DNA of 64,000 nucleotides from a bacterium (GTDB lineage Bacteria; UBA10199; 2-02-FULL-50-16; JAJFLM01): NCBI GenBank assembly GCA_965216315.1, contig CBDCFN010000016.1, positions 768,001 to 832,000 of the forward strand, read 5' to 3'. Shown piece by piece: positions 9,924 to 18,829 of this stretch (position 1 is its first letter; each line of letters starts with the position of its first letter). The notes under the pieces were generated by a model. It saw only the letters and a program-made list of their open reading frames with translations, ran no database searches and was not told where the DNA came from. The position numbers and the translations under genes were made by a program.

Positions 9924-10775
9924 CTATGCATGGATCGAGTCGGATACATCTAAAGGCAATTCGACCAAAGAGAAAGGTGCTGTTGTGAGCATGTGATTTC
10001 CTTCAATTGCATCTATGCCCCAACCATCCAGTGCGGCCCCTTTGGGCGGATGGGGGAAATGCTTGCGGTAACGCGCCAACCATTCCGGCCTGATATCCAT
10101 TAAGATAGAATGTTGAGTTTGCCAATAACCGCGACGTTTCATAAACATCAATCGTGCCAAGGTCAGGACAGGACCGACTCCCTTCAGGCTGGTTTCGCGA
10201 TTACGGTCAAACTTAAGGTCTTTGTCGCACGTCATTGTGTATGTGTCACTCCTGTAGGGTTGCACTGTGCAGCAAGCAATAGCATGAACCGTGCCGTTCC
10301 AGGTCGACAAAGTGAAGACCATCGGTTCAATCATCGTAGGGTTGAGTTGATAGACTTCCATTTTATTTATTTCTTCAACTTCGCTCTCTCCCTGAAAAAA
10401 ATCCCGAGCTTCTTCGTAGGTGTGACGTTCGACAATAATGGGCACGAGGGTGGTCCCGAGCTGCATGATGACCTGCAGCGGCGGAAAGTCGGGCTTAACA
10501 ACAGGATCGTAATCGCGCGATGCGGCTAAAATTTGCGCGATACGAGTATGGAGGCTCGTATCGCTATGAATGTTGCCTGAATGAGGTTTTTCAGCGGATC
10601 GTGTGAGTTGAGCAAGAGAGTTAATGCCATCAGTAGTGATTGCAGCCGGTTCGAGGCCAAGGCGGTTGGAGAGACCAAGCTGTTGCAACTGTAGGAGCTG
10701 AAGGTTCAGTTGTTGGGCGGAAGTCCCTGAACTGGCTGCTAACAGGGATCCCGTCGTGAAAGCGGAGCTATACAT
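9924..10775 (-). CDS. Orphan protein, possible divergent acyltransferase fold (array member 3)
   Basis: 283 aa; uncharged S/T/L/Q leader; SLKGVGPVL...MKRRGY only weakly recalls GNAT motif A. Confidence 0.55.
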   Translation of the reverse strand: MYSSAFTTGSLLAASSGTSAQQLNLQLLQLQQLGLSNRLGLEPAAITTDGINSLAQLTRSAEKPHSGNIHSDTSLHTRIAQILAASRDYDPVVKPDFPPLQVIMQLGTTLVPIIVERHTYEEARDFFQGESEVEEINKMEVYQLNPTMIEPMVFTLSTWNGTVHAIACCTVQPYRSDTYTMTCDKDLKFDRNRETSLKGVGPVLTLARLMFMKRRGYWQTQHSILMDIRPEWLARYRKHFPHPPKGAALDGWGIDAIEGNHMLTTAPFSLVELPLDVSDSIHA

Positions 10776-10785
10776 GGCGGGCTAT

Positions 10786-10812
10786 TTATCGGAGAGGCAT
10801 TTGATATGTTGA
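10786..10812 (-). promoter_or_regulatory. Shared promoter-like motif TCAAC-N15-CCGATAA
   Basis: 10 nt upstream of ATG 10775. Confidence 0.75.
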
Positions 10813-10845
10813 GGTAGAAGCTATGCGAAATTATTCGAATGGGGG

Positions 10846-12465
10846 TTATTGTGACGTTGCGAAAAGATTCATGAGCAGATCCATTTCTCTGTCTGGAATC
10901 TGTTTCCAAAAAGCTGTAACTAAGGACGGATCAGGAAGGGGCGTACCTCTAAAGAGAGGTGAGCCGAAGAATTTCCACAATAGATAGTAGTCTTCAGGAG
11001 AGTTCAGCCAGTTTAGCACATGTTCGACTAGGAAGGCGGCGTGATCCTCAGGTGATTTGTCGAGTTGATGCCATAGGTTGCTTTCAACGGCGAGCCTATA
11101 AAAGATCACGCTGATATAGCCGTCTAAATGTCGCCAGGAAGTTGGAAAGGGGGGGATTAGTTGTCTAAGTGTATTCCTGTGTTTGACGAGTTGACAGAGG
11201 TGTTCGTTTCTACTTACCGCCAAACAGATCTTTTCGTTGATTCCATTGCAGTTCAATGCATCTGAGATGAGATTGATTATGTCTTCTATGTTTGACCAGG
11301 ATGGTGCCAGGTTAGACCAAATGAAGTGAATGAACTCACTGTTGTGTTGATTTTCCCGTAATAGGGCAAGCAAGATTTCGGCGATCTTGATGATAGCAGT
11401 TATGGAGGTTTCCAATATAAACTCGATGCTGCTTGGGTCGCTCGTTCGCCAGTCAGGCCCCATGTTATAGGCGCCGAGCCATTGCATAGTGCGTTCTCGG
11501 ACATGATTAGCATTCCTGGCAGGGGACAGGTAGATCTCAGGTAGCTCTGCTTGAATGGCGAAGTAATCCGTCCATTCTAAGCGGATGTCCGCTGGAAGTT
11601 TCCTCCAATGGGGTGGTGTCAATAGTTTATGCCATGCTGGCCCTTCGTCTTTAAGGTTGAATTGAAATTGATCTCGTCCCGCATCGAACTGGGTAAAGCC
11701 AAGCGCCGTCAGATTAATTTTTCTCTTTGGCCCAATCGAAACAAGATAATTGTCGGCGCCGAGCCAAGAGAGGAAAGATGCCATGCGCTGAAAAGCGCGC
11801 AGGCTTAAACCAACACCGCTAGGTTTTTCTGGTTCGGAGTGTGCCGGCACGAAGTAGCTGTCGAATGGGTCAAACCCCTGGGTTAGAGCCGTCCACTTTT
11901 CTCCGGCATGAGGGCGAGAAGGGATTGAATGTCTAAAAGACGTAACCCTTGTCTCGCTGTCTTGGTTTCTGCGAATGATTTCACCAGAAAATGTGATCAT
12001 TTTATTTTCAATTGCGATGTGAAGCTGAGGGAGGTGATGACCCATCGCTTCAGTTTGGAAGATAGCCTCAATCGTGTCGAAGTTGACCGTCCGTCCCCAT
12101 ATTTTCTCAGTAAGTATGGCAAATTCGTCACTAGTCAGATCATCCTCTTTTCCATTAACAGTGAAAGTAAGCGCTACAGGCTTCGGGTGCTGAGTTAAAA
12201 TCGGATTAGCGGAGAGCAAGTGCTGTTTCAGCAGATTGATAGTGTTAGGGACAGCGGTATTGCTAGAGTTGAGAAGGCTGGTTGCAGATTCCGTTGAAAA
12301 GACCGTTGTCGACTGACTATGTTGCGGCGAGAGGGCAGGAGCTGTTCCATCGCTTAGGTCCTCCGGTGGTTGACTCGGGGGGGGCGTTTGCCCGGAGCTG
12401 GCCAGCATCATCATCGCCTGCATGCCATTGGAAATCAGGTTTGAATGGACAAAAAAGGCTCCCAT
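10846..12465 (-). CDS. Orphan protein with degenerate GNAT-like core and two PPxWxxL-type repeats (array member 4)
   Basis: 539 aa; PSGVGLSLRAFQR...WLGAD...ALGF; WHKLLTPPHW...LPEIYLS matches member 1 WTKLL...YPPEW...LPEIILS. Confidence 0.65.
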   Translation of the reverse strand: MGAFFVHSNLISNGMQAMMMLASSGQTPPPSQPPEDLSDGTAPALSPQHSQSTTVFSTESATSLLNSSNTAVPNTINLLKQHLLSANPILTQHPKPVALTFTVNGKEDDLTSDEFAILTEKIWGRTVNFDTIEAIFQTEAMGHHLPQLHIAIENKMITFSGEIIRRNQDSETRVTSFRHSIPSRPHAGEKWTALTQGFDPFDSYFVPAHSEPEKPSGVGLSLRAFQRMASFLSWLGADNYLVSIGPKRKINLTALGFTQFDAGRDQFQFNLKDEGPAWHKLLTPPHWRKLPADIRLEWTDYFAIQAELPEIYLSPARNANHVRERTMQWLGAYNMGPDWRTSDPSSIEFILETSITAIIKIAEILLALLRENQHNSEFIHFIWSNLAPSWSNIEDIINLISDALNCNGINEKICLAVSRNEHLCQLVKHRNTLRQLIPPFPTSWRHLDGYISVIFYRLAVESNLWHQLDKSPEDHAAFLVEHVLNWLNSPEDYYLLWKFFGSPLFRGTPLPDPSLVTAFWKQIPDREMDLLMNLFATSQ

Positions 12466-12475
12466 ACTTCGGATC

Positions 12476-12502
12476 TATTCGGTCATAATTCATTGAAGTT
12501 GC
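12476..12502 (-). promoter_or_regulatory. Shared promoter-like motif GCAAC-N15-CCGAATA
   Basis: 10 nt upstream of ATG 12465. Confidence 0.75.
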
Positions 12503-12542
12503 GCTAAATTGGATAAATAAATATCCATTCAGGAGAGCGGGC

Positions 12543-13790
12543 TTACTGATGGGGTTTCTTTGGCGAGTAGAAGCACTGTCCCGCAATCTCGTCAGGGAGA
12601 TAGGTTTGTTTCTTAGCCGCTTCGGGTTCGTCATGAGGGTAGTGGTAGCCCGTACCGTAGCCCAATTTTTTCATCAGCTTGGTGGGGGCGTTACGGATGT
12701 GCATCGGCGTTGGGAGGGCACCACTATTATTGATTTCGGCTTTGGCTTTTTTATAGGCGACGTAGGTTTCGTTACTCTTCGGGGCCTTGGCTAAGTAAAT
12801 GGCCGCCTCGGAAAGTGGAATCCAGCCCTCGGCGCTGCCAACCACGTCATAAGCCTGAAATGCGCTGACTGCTATGGTGAGGGCCTGAGGATCGGCGAGA
12901 CTGATATCTTCACCCGCAAAGATAACCATGCGTCGCGCAATGTAACGCGGGTCTTCACCGGCCTCGTACATGCGCGCCAGATAATAAACGGCGGCATCGG
13001 GATCCGAAGCGCGCATGCTTTTGATGAAAGCGCTGATGATATTGTAATGTTCTTCGCCGGTTTTATCGTAGAGTAAGGTCTTTTTTTGAGCTGCCGCTGC
13101 GGCAGTGGCTAATTCGATGGTTTTGCTATCCGGTTGAAGTCGTGCCGCAATTTCCAGGGCATTAAGAAGGCGCCGAGCATCCCCATCAGCCGATTCAATG
13201 AGAAAGAGGCGTGCTTCGTCACTTAATTGAATGCCTAACGCCTTGATGCCGCGATCAACAACCGTGTTCAGATTTTCAGCGGAGAGTGCGCTGAGAACAA
13301 AGACGCGACAGCGAGAGAGCAGGGGGCCGATGACTTCGAAGGAAGGGTTCTCCGTTGTTGCGCCAATCAACGTTATCGTGCCGGATTCGACGTGAGGTAA
13401 GAGGGCGTCTTGCTGGGCCTTGTTGAAACGATGGATTTCGTCGACGAAGAGAATCGTTTTTTTCTGTTGGTATTTCAGGTCTTGCTTGGCTTGTTCCACC
13501 GCGGCACGCAGGTCTTTGACACCAGAAAGTACCGCGGAGACCGAATGAAAGGCGCACTTGGTATGTGTCGCTATCACATGAGCCAGGGTTGTCTTGCCGC
13601 TTCCTGGCGGGCCCCAGAGAATAAGGGAAGGAACCTGATCCGATTCGATGAGTTGGCGCAGTGGTTTGCCGGCCGCTAAGAGGTCCTCTTGGCCGACGAC
13701 ATCGCTTAAGTTCTCCGGGCGCAGACGCTCGGGGAGTGGTGCCGTCTTATGTTGTTGGTTTGCCGCCGCCTGATCAAAAAGGTCGATCAT
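12543..13790 (-). CDS. rarA: Replication-associated recombination protein A (MgsA)
   Basis: [47 protein letters not shown]. Confidence 0.96.
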   Translation of the reverse strand: MIDLFDQAAANQQHKTAPLPERLRPENLSDVVGQEDLLAAGKPLRQLIESDQVPSLILWGPPGSGKTTLAHVIATHTKCAFHSVSAVLSGVKDLRAAVEQAKQDLKYQQKKTILFVDEIHRFNKAQQDALLPHVESGTITLIGATTENPSFEVIGPLLSRCRVFVLSALSAENLNTVVDRGIKALGIQLSDEARLFLIESADGDARRLLNALEIAARLQPDSKTIELATAAAAAQKKTLLYDKTGEEHYNIISAFIKSMRASDPDAAVYYLARMYEAGEDPRYIARRMVIFAGEDISLADPQALTIAVSAFQAYDVVGSAEGWIPLSEAAIYLAKAPKSNETYVAYKKAKAEINNSGALPTPMHIRNAPTKLMKKLGYGTGYHYPHDEPEAAKKQTYLPDEIAGQCFYSPKKPHQ

Positions 13791-13841
13791 GAGGTATAAG
13801 TGCCGCTGGCAGCTACAGAAGTCAATGGACCCTGAAATTTG

Positions 13842-14315
13842 TTAGTAGCTCTTTTTGTCAGGACGAGCGGACCATTCTTGAAGCAACTGGAAGCTTTCAT
13901 CCTCCATAAAGCCACCTTCGACTACAATTTCACTCTTGCCCAGCTGTTTCATGTCTTGCGCGGAAATATTCAATTCATGAAATCCCGCGGCGCGCGCCGC
14001 GGCAATATCAGTCCCATAGACAATTTTATCAAGGCGTGCCCAATGACAGGTGCTAAGACACATGGGGCACGGTTCACAGGTGGTATAAATCATGCTTCCC
14101 GAGAGGTCTATCGTTTGGAGTTTTTGGCAGGCGATACGAATAGCAACGACTTCAGCATGTGCGGAAATATCCGTATTGGCCCAGACTTGGTTGTGTTCGC
14201 AGGCGATGACCTGGCCTTGTTTAACGATGCAGGCACCGAAAGGGCTCTGTCCATTGGTTACGCCGACGCGCGCCTTCTCGATGGCCAATTGCATGAAGTA
14301 TGAATCAGTTTTCAT
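13842..14315 (-). CDS. Zn-dependent nucleoside/guanine deaminase
   Basis: PFGA, HAE, CEPCPMC. Confidence 0.9.
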   Translation of the reverse strand: MKTDSYFMQLAIEKARVGVTNGQSPFGACIVKQGQVIACEHNQVWANTDISAHAEVVAIRIACQKLQTIDLSGSMIYTTCEPCPMCLSTCHWARLDKIVYGTDIAAARAAGFHELNISAQDMKQLGKSEIVVEGGFMEDESFQLLQEWSARPDKKSY

Positions 14316-16117
14316 TAAATACCCGCCGAGTCCGAGGCGGATAACTTGAAAATTCCGACGGCTTCTTCATCCGATTTAAAGGTATGTTCATAGCAGATAA
14401 TCGTTGTCGGGGGGATTTTCGCCAAAAATAACGGCCAAAACAGGCCACCATCAATTTCGATGGGACCTGTATATACCGTCCCTTTAGGGACAGTCACTTG
14501 GCGCCAATCGTATTGCCCATGTTCGATGCCACCGTTCAGCTCATCCAGGTAAGGAATCCGCGGAAAGATCGGCTTACCGCCGAGATCTTGTGAAATCGTG
14601 TGGGCTTGTTGACTGAAGTGAGGCATGACTTGGTGTGCCGAATTTTCACCAAACAATCGGTTGCCCAGCTGGCAAACGAGAATGTTGACTTCATCATTGG
14701 GTGTTAAAGTCAGCATCGTTCCAATTCTCTGGATTTGCGTGTTTTCGAGGAAGCCCGTGTCAAGAGCATTACCGTGATAGGCCTCAAAGCCTTCACGGAG
14801 TGCCGCGCGAACATTCCAAAAATTGGTATCTACCAGTTCAACTTCAATTCCGGCTTGTCGCAACCATTGCCCAATGTAACGCCCGAGCGGGTGGGCGCCG
14901 ACAATCAACACGCCGGAGCGTTCCCCTTGCGTTACCCGCAATATTTTTGCCAGCACGCCGGCGGGGAGGCCTTGCAAAATAACCGTCGTAGCGATGACCA
15001 GATAGGCCAAGTTTTCGAGCTGATAGGCATCCGTATGCCCCGTATCAGTAAAGATTAAGGTTGCCAGTGAAGCCGTTGAGGCGGCCACAATGCCTCGTGG
15101 TGCCATTAAGGCAAGAAAGAATTTTTCGCGTTTTCGCATTTGAGTGCCGGCGAGGGAAATGAAGATCGAAACAGGTCGAATAAGCAGGATCATGACGCCT
15201 AAAAAGATCCATTCATTTTTCCCGATAGCAAAGACGGCTTTAATGTCGAGTTGAGCGGCAAGTAAGATAAAGAGAAATCCAACGATCAAAGTTGTTAAGG
15301 TCGCCTTAAACTCCGTAATTTCTTCACGCTGATCCAGTGGCCCGTGAGCCAACACCATGCCGGCCACAACGACAGAGACGAGGCCTGAGTGAGCAACAAT
15401 TATGTGGGCTGACTCAAATGAGAGGAGGGCGCCGCCAAGGATGATAAGATTGATCGTTTCCTTGGAAACGGAACCTCCCCACTTCAAGAAAAAGCGCATG
15501 ATCCATCCACAGGCGAGTCCAATTACAGTGCCGACGCCTAAGATTTTGAAAAACTGGATCAGTGTCAGCCAAAGAGAGCTTTCCTCGGCTAAGACGAATT
15601 CGAGGATCAAGATGGCGGAGACGGCACCGATAGAATCCAAGAGGATGGATTCCCAATGGAGAACGGTGGCGACTCGTTGTACCAAGGGGACACGTTTGAG
15701 GATCGGGCCGATGACCGTCGGTCCCGTAACGATCATGAGGGCCCCAAAGATAAAGCTGTAGCGCCACGGCAAGTCGACGATGGTGGCCGCTGCGACCGTG
15801 GCACCGACAAAAGTGATGATGGCCCCCACCGTTAACAGGCGCCGAATCGGTTTGGTCATGGTCTTGATCTGCGTGGGAATCAGATGGAGTCCGCCCTCAA
15901 AGAGGATGATGGCCACCCCAAGCTCAATCGTTGTCGAGAGCCCAAAGCCAATGGCATCAGGTTGGATAAACCCGCCAAAATGAGGTCCGAGCAGGACACC
16001 TGTGCTCAAGAGGAAGAAAATACTCGGGACCTTGAGCTTTTCAGAAAACAGCTGACAGAGGGCGCCTGCGGCCAGGGCCAAGACGACCGTCTGCATCATT
16101 TGTTCGGAACCGGCCAT
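14315..16117 (-). CDS. Cation:proton antiporter (NhaP-like) with TrkA-N domain
   Basis: ILFEGG, VTGPTVI, APRGIVAAS; C-terminal Rossmann-like IVGA. Confidence 0.9.
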   Translation of the reverse strand: MAGSEQMMQTVVLALAAGALCQLFSEKLKVPSIFFLLSTGVLLGPHFGGFIQPDAIGFGLSTTIELGVAIILFEGGLHLIPTQIKTMTKPIRRLLTVGAIITFVGATVAAATIVDLPWRYSFIFGALMIVTGPTVIGPILKRVPLVQRVATVLHWESILLDSIGAVSAILILEFVLAEESSLWLTLIQFFKILGVGTVIGLACGWIMRFFLKWGGSVSKETINLIILGGALLSFESAHIIVAHSGLVSVVVAGMVLAHGPLDQREEITEFKATLTTLIVGFLFILLAAQLDIKAVFAIGKNEWIFLGVMILLIRPVSIFISLAGTQMRKREKFFLALMAPRGIVAASTASLATLIFTDTGHTDAYQLENLAYLVIATTVILQGLPAGVLAKILRVTQGERSGVLIVGAHPLGRYIGQWLRQAGIEVELVDTNFWNVRAALREGFEAYHGNALDTGFLENTQIQRIGTMLTLTPNDEVNILVCQLGNRLFGENSAHQVMPHFSQQAHTISQDLGGKPIFPRIPYLDELNGGIEHGQYDWRQVTVPKGTVYTGPIEIDGGLFWPLFLAKIPPTTIICYEHTFKSDEEAVGIFKLSASDSAGI

Positions 16118-16222
16118 ATTCGCGCCACGTTATCGAAAAAGTTGACCGAAGTCACCCGTTTTCAAGTATTTACGAATGCAAAAAAATGAGTCATTTTAGT
16201 GGCTTATCTGGAAAGCGAATCC

Positions 16223-16249
16223 GCAACAATTAACGGCTCTGACCGATGA
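16223..16249 (+). promoter_or_regulatory. Shared promoter-like motif GCAAC-N15-CCGATGA
   Basis: 30 nt upstream of ATG 16280; an AGGAGA RBS lies between. Confidence 0.7.
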
Positions 16250-16279
16250 TATAGGTCCCGGGGTGAACAGGAGAATAAC

Positions 16280-16876
16280 ATGATCGTGGCAAATCAGGGT
16301 CTGATGACCGCATCGGCGTTGGCCAGTGCAGCACTTAGCCTCCCTTATATAAAGAATATTCGTTCGGGAACCACGCCTTATGTCGTGGGGGATGTCAGAC
16401 ATACGACGGCAGAGATCGTCTTTCAGGATGAAGGTGATGCTCGCCGCGCCTCGCGGCAGCTCATGATCGATGCGTTGGATCGCATTGCTGAAGGAGAAAC
16501 TGAAGGGGTCGAGGGTTGGAGCTTTACGCGTCACGATCATCGTCCCGTCCGGTTTATTCTGCCAAATGTCAGTGAGCCCCACTCAAACCACAATATTGTG
16601 ACCGAAGCGGTCATTGCACTCGAACGGATACGAGAAGGTATGACAGTCCAGGCCGAGTCGGAATTGCCTGACAAAATGGTGATTCGTGGACCCCAAGGGG
16701 CTGCAAAGAATTTCGTAAAGCCGCGTCACGAGTTGATCATCCAATGGTTTCGGACGCCTGACAGCCGCGAAGTCCGTGCGGATATCACGATTGCGTCGCC
16801 TCTGTCCGCGCCGGAAGAGACCAGCCCGTTTTTTACGCTCGAAAGCTTACTTGTCTATCTCTCAGCAGCAAGTTAG
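16280..16876 (+). CDS. Hypothetical protein with uncharged A/S/L-rich leader
   Basis: 198-aa ORF with RBS; no family recognised. Confidence 0.65.
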   Translation: MIVANQGLMTASALASAALSLPYIKNIRSGTTPYVVGDVRHTTAEIVFQDEGDARRASRQLMIDALDRIAEGETEGVEGWSFTRHDHRPVRFILPNVSEPHSNHNIVTEAVIALERIREGMTVQAESELPDKMVIRGPQGAAKNFVKPRHELIIQWFRTPDSREVRADITIASPLSAPEETSPFFTLESLLVYLSAAS

Positions 16877-16881
16877 ATGGA

Positions 16882-16934
16882 AATATGGAGACGAGGGGGA
16901 TCGAACCCCTGACCTCGTGAATGCCATTCACGCG
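16882..16934 (-). repeat. 53-bp direct repeat of the tRNA-Ala 3' portion (att-like)
   Basis: Identical to 17128..17180. Confidence 0.92.
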
Positions 16935-17097
16935 AGCATCAAAGGGGCTTGCGTCGCCCCCTCCAGAAGCAAAGCTCCTGGAGCCTCCCCCTCTCGCTCA
17001 CGTTGTTCGCTAAAGAGCGCGTGATAATTTAAAAAAAAGTGATGAAACGATGGGGGGATGTAAGGGGGGAGAGAGTTTTTCTCACCCCCTTACTATA

Positions 17098-17126
17098 GCT
17101 AAACGGAAGCTGTGCTTTCGTTTAGC
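17098..17126 (-). terminator. Hairpin immediately downstream of tRNA-Ala
   Basis: GCTAAACGGAAGC-TGT-GCTTTCGTTTAGC inverted repeat with one mismatch; no clear U-tract. Confidence 0.45.
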
Positions 17127-17131
17127 GAATA

Positions 17132-17204
17132 TGGAGACGAGGGGGATCGAACCCCTGACCTCGTGAATGCCATTCACGCGCTCTCCCAACTGAGCTACGT
17201 CCCC
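17132..17204 (-). tRNA. tRNA-Ala(GGC), 3' CCA not encoded
   Basis: GGGGACGTAGCTCAGTTGGGAGAGCGCGTGAATGGCATTCACGAGGTCAGGGGTTCGATCCCCCTCGTCTCCA; G3:U70 pair; anticodon GGC. Confidence 0.97.
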
Positions 17205-17280
17205 TCAATTTATCTAAGAATTACGGGCAAAATTGAATATTGTCAATATAAGGGGCAATTCTCTATGTTAGGTGGCAGTT

Positions 17281-18348
17281 ATGACGAAGCAAAACATCTA
17301 TGACCTGAGTATGCCAGCCCTTGAGGGATGGGTTCATGCACATGGGTTAAAACCCTATGCCGCGATTCAGTTGATTCAGTGGCTCTACCAAAAGCGCGTT
17401 CATGCTTTTGCCGAGATGACCAATCTTTCCAAGGACGCGCGTGAGCTACTCGAAAATTCATTCGAATTAAGAACAGCCGAGATTGTCGATCGTTCCGTGT
17501 CGACGGATAGCTCGGTTAAGTTTGTACTGCGTCTGCATGATGAAGCCTTGATTGAGAGTGTGCTGATGCCGCAGACCCAACGGATTACTCTCTGTGTTTC
17601 GAGCCAAGTCGGTTGTGCAATGGGCTGTCGTTTTTGCAAAACCGCTGAAATGAAGTTGGTGCGTAATCTCACGCAAGGGGAGATTATTGCCCAAGTCATG
17701 GTGGCCATTCGATTCTTGGAATCCGAGGATCCGGTGGCGGCCGCGTTGTTAGCGGAATCGACCTGCGACCATGTTTCGAATTTGGTTTTTATGGGGATGG
17801 GGGAGCCTCTCCATAATTTGAGGCCGGTAGTTGATAGTATCCATCTGTTGTTGGAGGATCGCGCGTTTAATTTCTCGAGGAGAAAAATTACGGTTTCAAC
17901 TTCCGGTTTAGCGCCGGAAATACGCGAATTCGCCGAGGCCGTGCCGGTTAAGTTGGCCGTGTCATTGAATGCGACGAATGATGCCTTGCGTACGGAAATT
18001 ATGCCGATCAATAAACGGTATGATTTGGCCGAGTTGATGGCGGCCTGTCGTGACTATGCAAAGATACGTGATGGGGTGGTCACCTTTGAGTATGTCATGC
18101 TTAAGGATGTCAATGATACGCCTGAGCATGCCGCCGAGCTCGTGAGATTGATTGCGCACACGCCCTGTAAGATCAATTTGATCCCGTTTAATGACTATCC
18201 CGAGTCTCCTTATCAGCGACCGAGTGAAGCGAGTCTGATTGCCTTTCATCACTATCTCGCGGATCGCGATTTTCAGGTGAATATCCGGTATAGCAAGGGA
18301 TTAGATGTCTTGGCTGCCTGTGGGCAGCTTGCGGTCAAGGCCAGTTAG
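17281..18348 (+). CDS. rlmN: 23S rRNA/tRNA m2A methyltransferase RlmN
   Basis: CVSSQVGCAMGCRFC, FMGMGEP, AACGQL. Confidence 0.96.
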   Translation: MTKQNIYDLSMPALEGWVHAHGLKPYAAIQLIQWLYQKRVHAFAEMTNLSKDARELLENSFELRTAEIVDRSVSTDSSVKFVLRLHDEALIESVLMPQTQRITLCVSSQVGCAMGCRFCKTAEMKLVRNLTQGEIIAQVMVAIRFLESEDPVAAALLAESTCDHVSNLVFMGMGEPLHNLRPVVDSIHLLLEDRAFNFSRRKITVSTSGLAPEIREFAEAVPVKLAVSLNATNDALRTEIMPINKRYDLAELMAACRDYAKIRDGVVTFEYVMLKDVNDTPEHAAELVRLIAHTPCKINLIPFNDYPESPYQRPSEASLIAFHHYLADRDFQVNIRYSKGLDVLAACGQLAVKAS

Positions 18349-18412
18349 CATTCGAGATCTCCTGGCCATTCCCCGAGAAAAGTTATATAAATGACTTCCA
18401 CAGGGGGAGGCC

Positions 18413-18778
18413 ATGAAGATAACAACCACCTTGGGCATATGCCTGTTTGTCATACTCTTTGGAATCTCGTTTCATGTGGAGGCTCAGCCTTTTCAGCCAA
18501 GTCCGGTTGACTGTAGTGCGGCGGAACTCAAGCGAGCCGAGATCAAATATCAGCAAACAATTAAGCCCCTACTGGCAACCTATGCCGATCAATATAGCGG
18601 TAAGGTTGAAGAGCTGCGTCGCAAAGAAAAACAACGGTCTGTTATGTTTCGTGAATGGTTACGTATGCGGTGTACCTGTAAACCTAAAAGTCTGACGCGC
18701 TTCGAAAAGACGCTCTGCAGTGCCGTCAGTGAGAACACTCCCATAAGCGCAACTGGTGCCTGTTTAGTCCAGAATTAA
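18413..18778 (+). CDS. Small exported hypothetical protein with several Cys
   Basis: Strong RBS GGGGGAGG; signal peptide ending VEA. Confidence 0.65.
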   Translation: MKITTTLGICLFVILFGISFHVEAQPFQPSPVDCSAAELKRAEIKYQQTIKPLLATYADQYSGKVEELRRKEKQRSVMFREWLRMRCTCKPKSLTRFEKTLCSAVSENTPISATGACLVQN

Positions 18779-18829
18779 GGCTCCCACAACCATTGACTTT
18801 TACGCCTTTCGATGCCAGAAGCTACGGCC

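Noticed and set aside
16130..16155. TCGATAA and CAAC upstream of the antiporter as a sixth motif copy
   Set aside because: CAAC is only 4 nt from TCGATAA, so the 15-nt spacing is not met
6134..17204. Prophage or genomic island ending at tRNA-Ala
   Set aside because: No integrase or phage genes; the att-like repeats enclose only 193 bp; rarA and other ordinary genes lie inside
16776..17303. Two short ORFs sharing YGDEGDRTPDLVNAIHA
   Set aside because: Antisense translations of the tRNA and its duplicated 3' end
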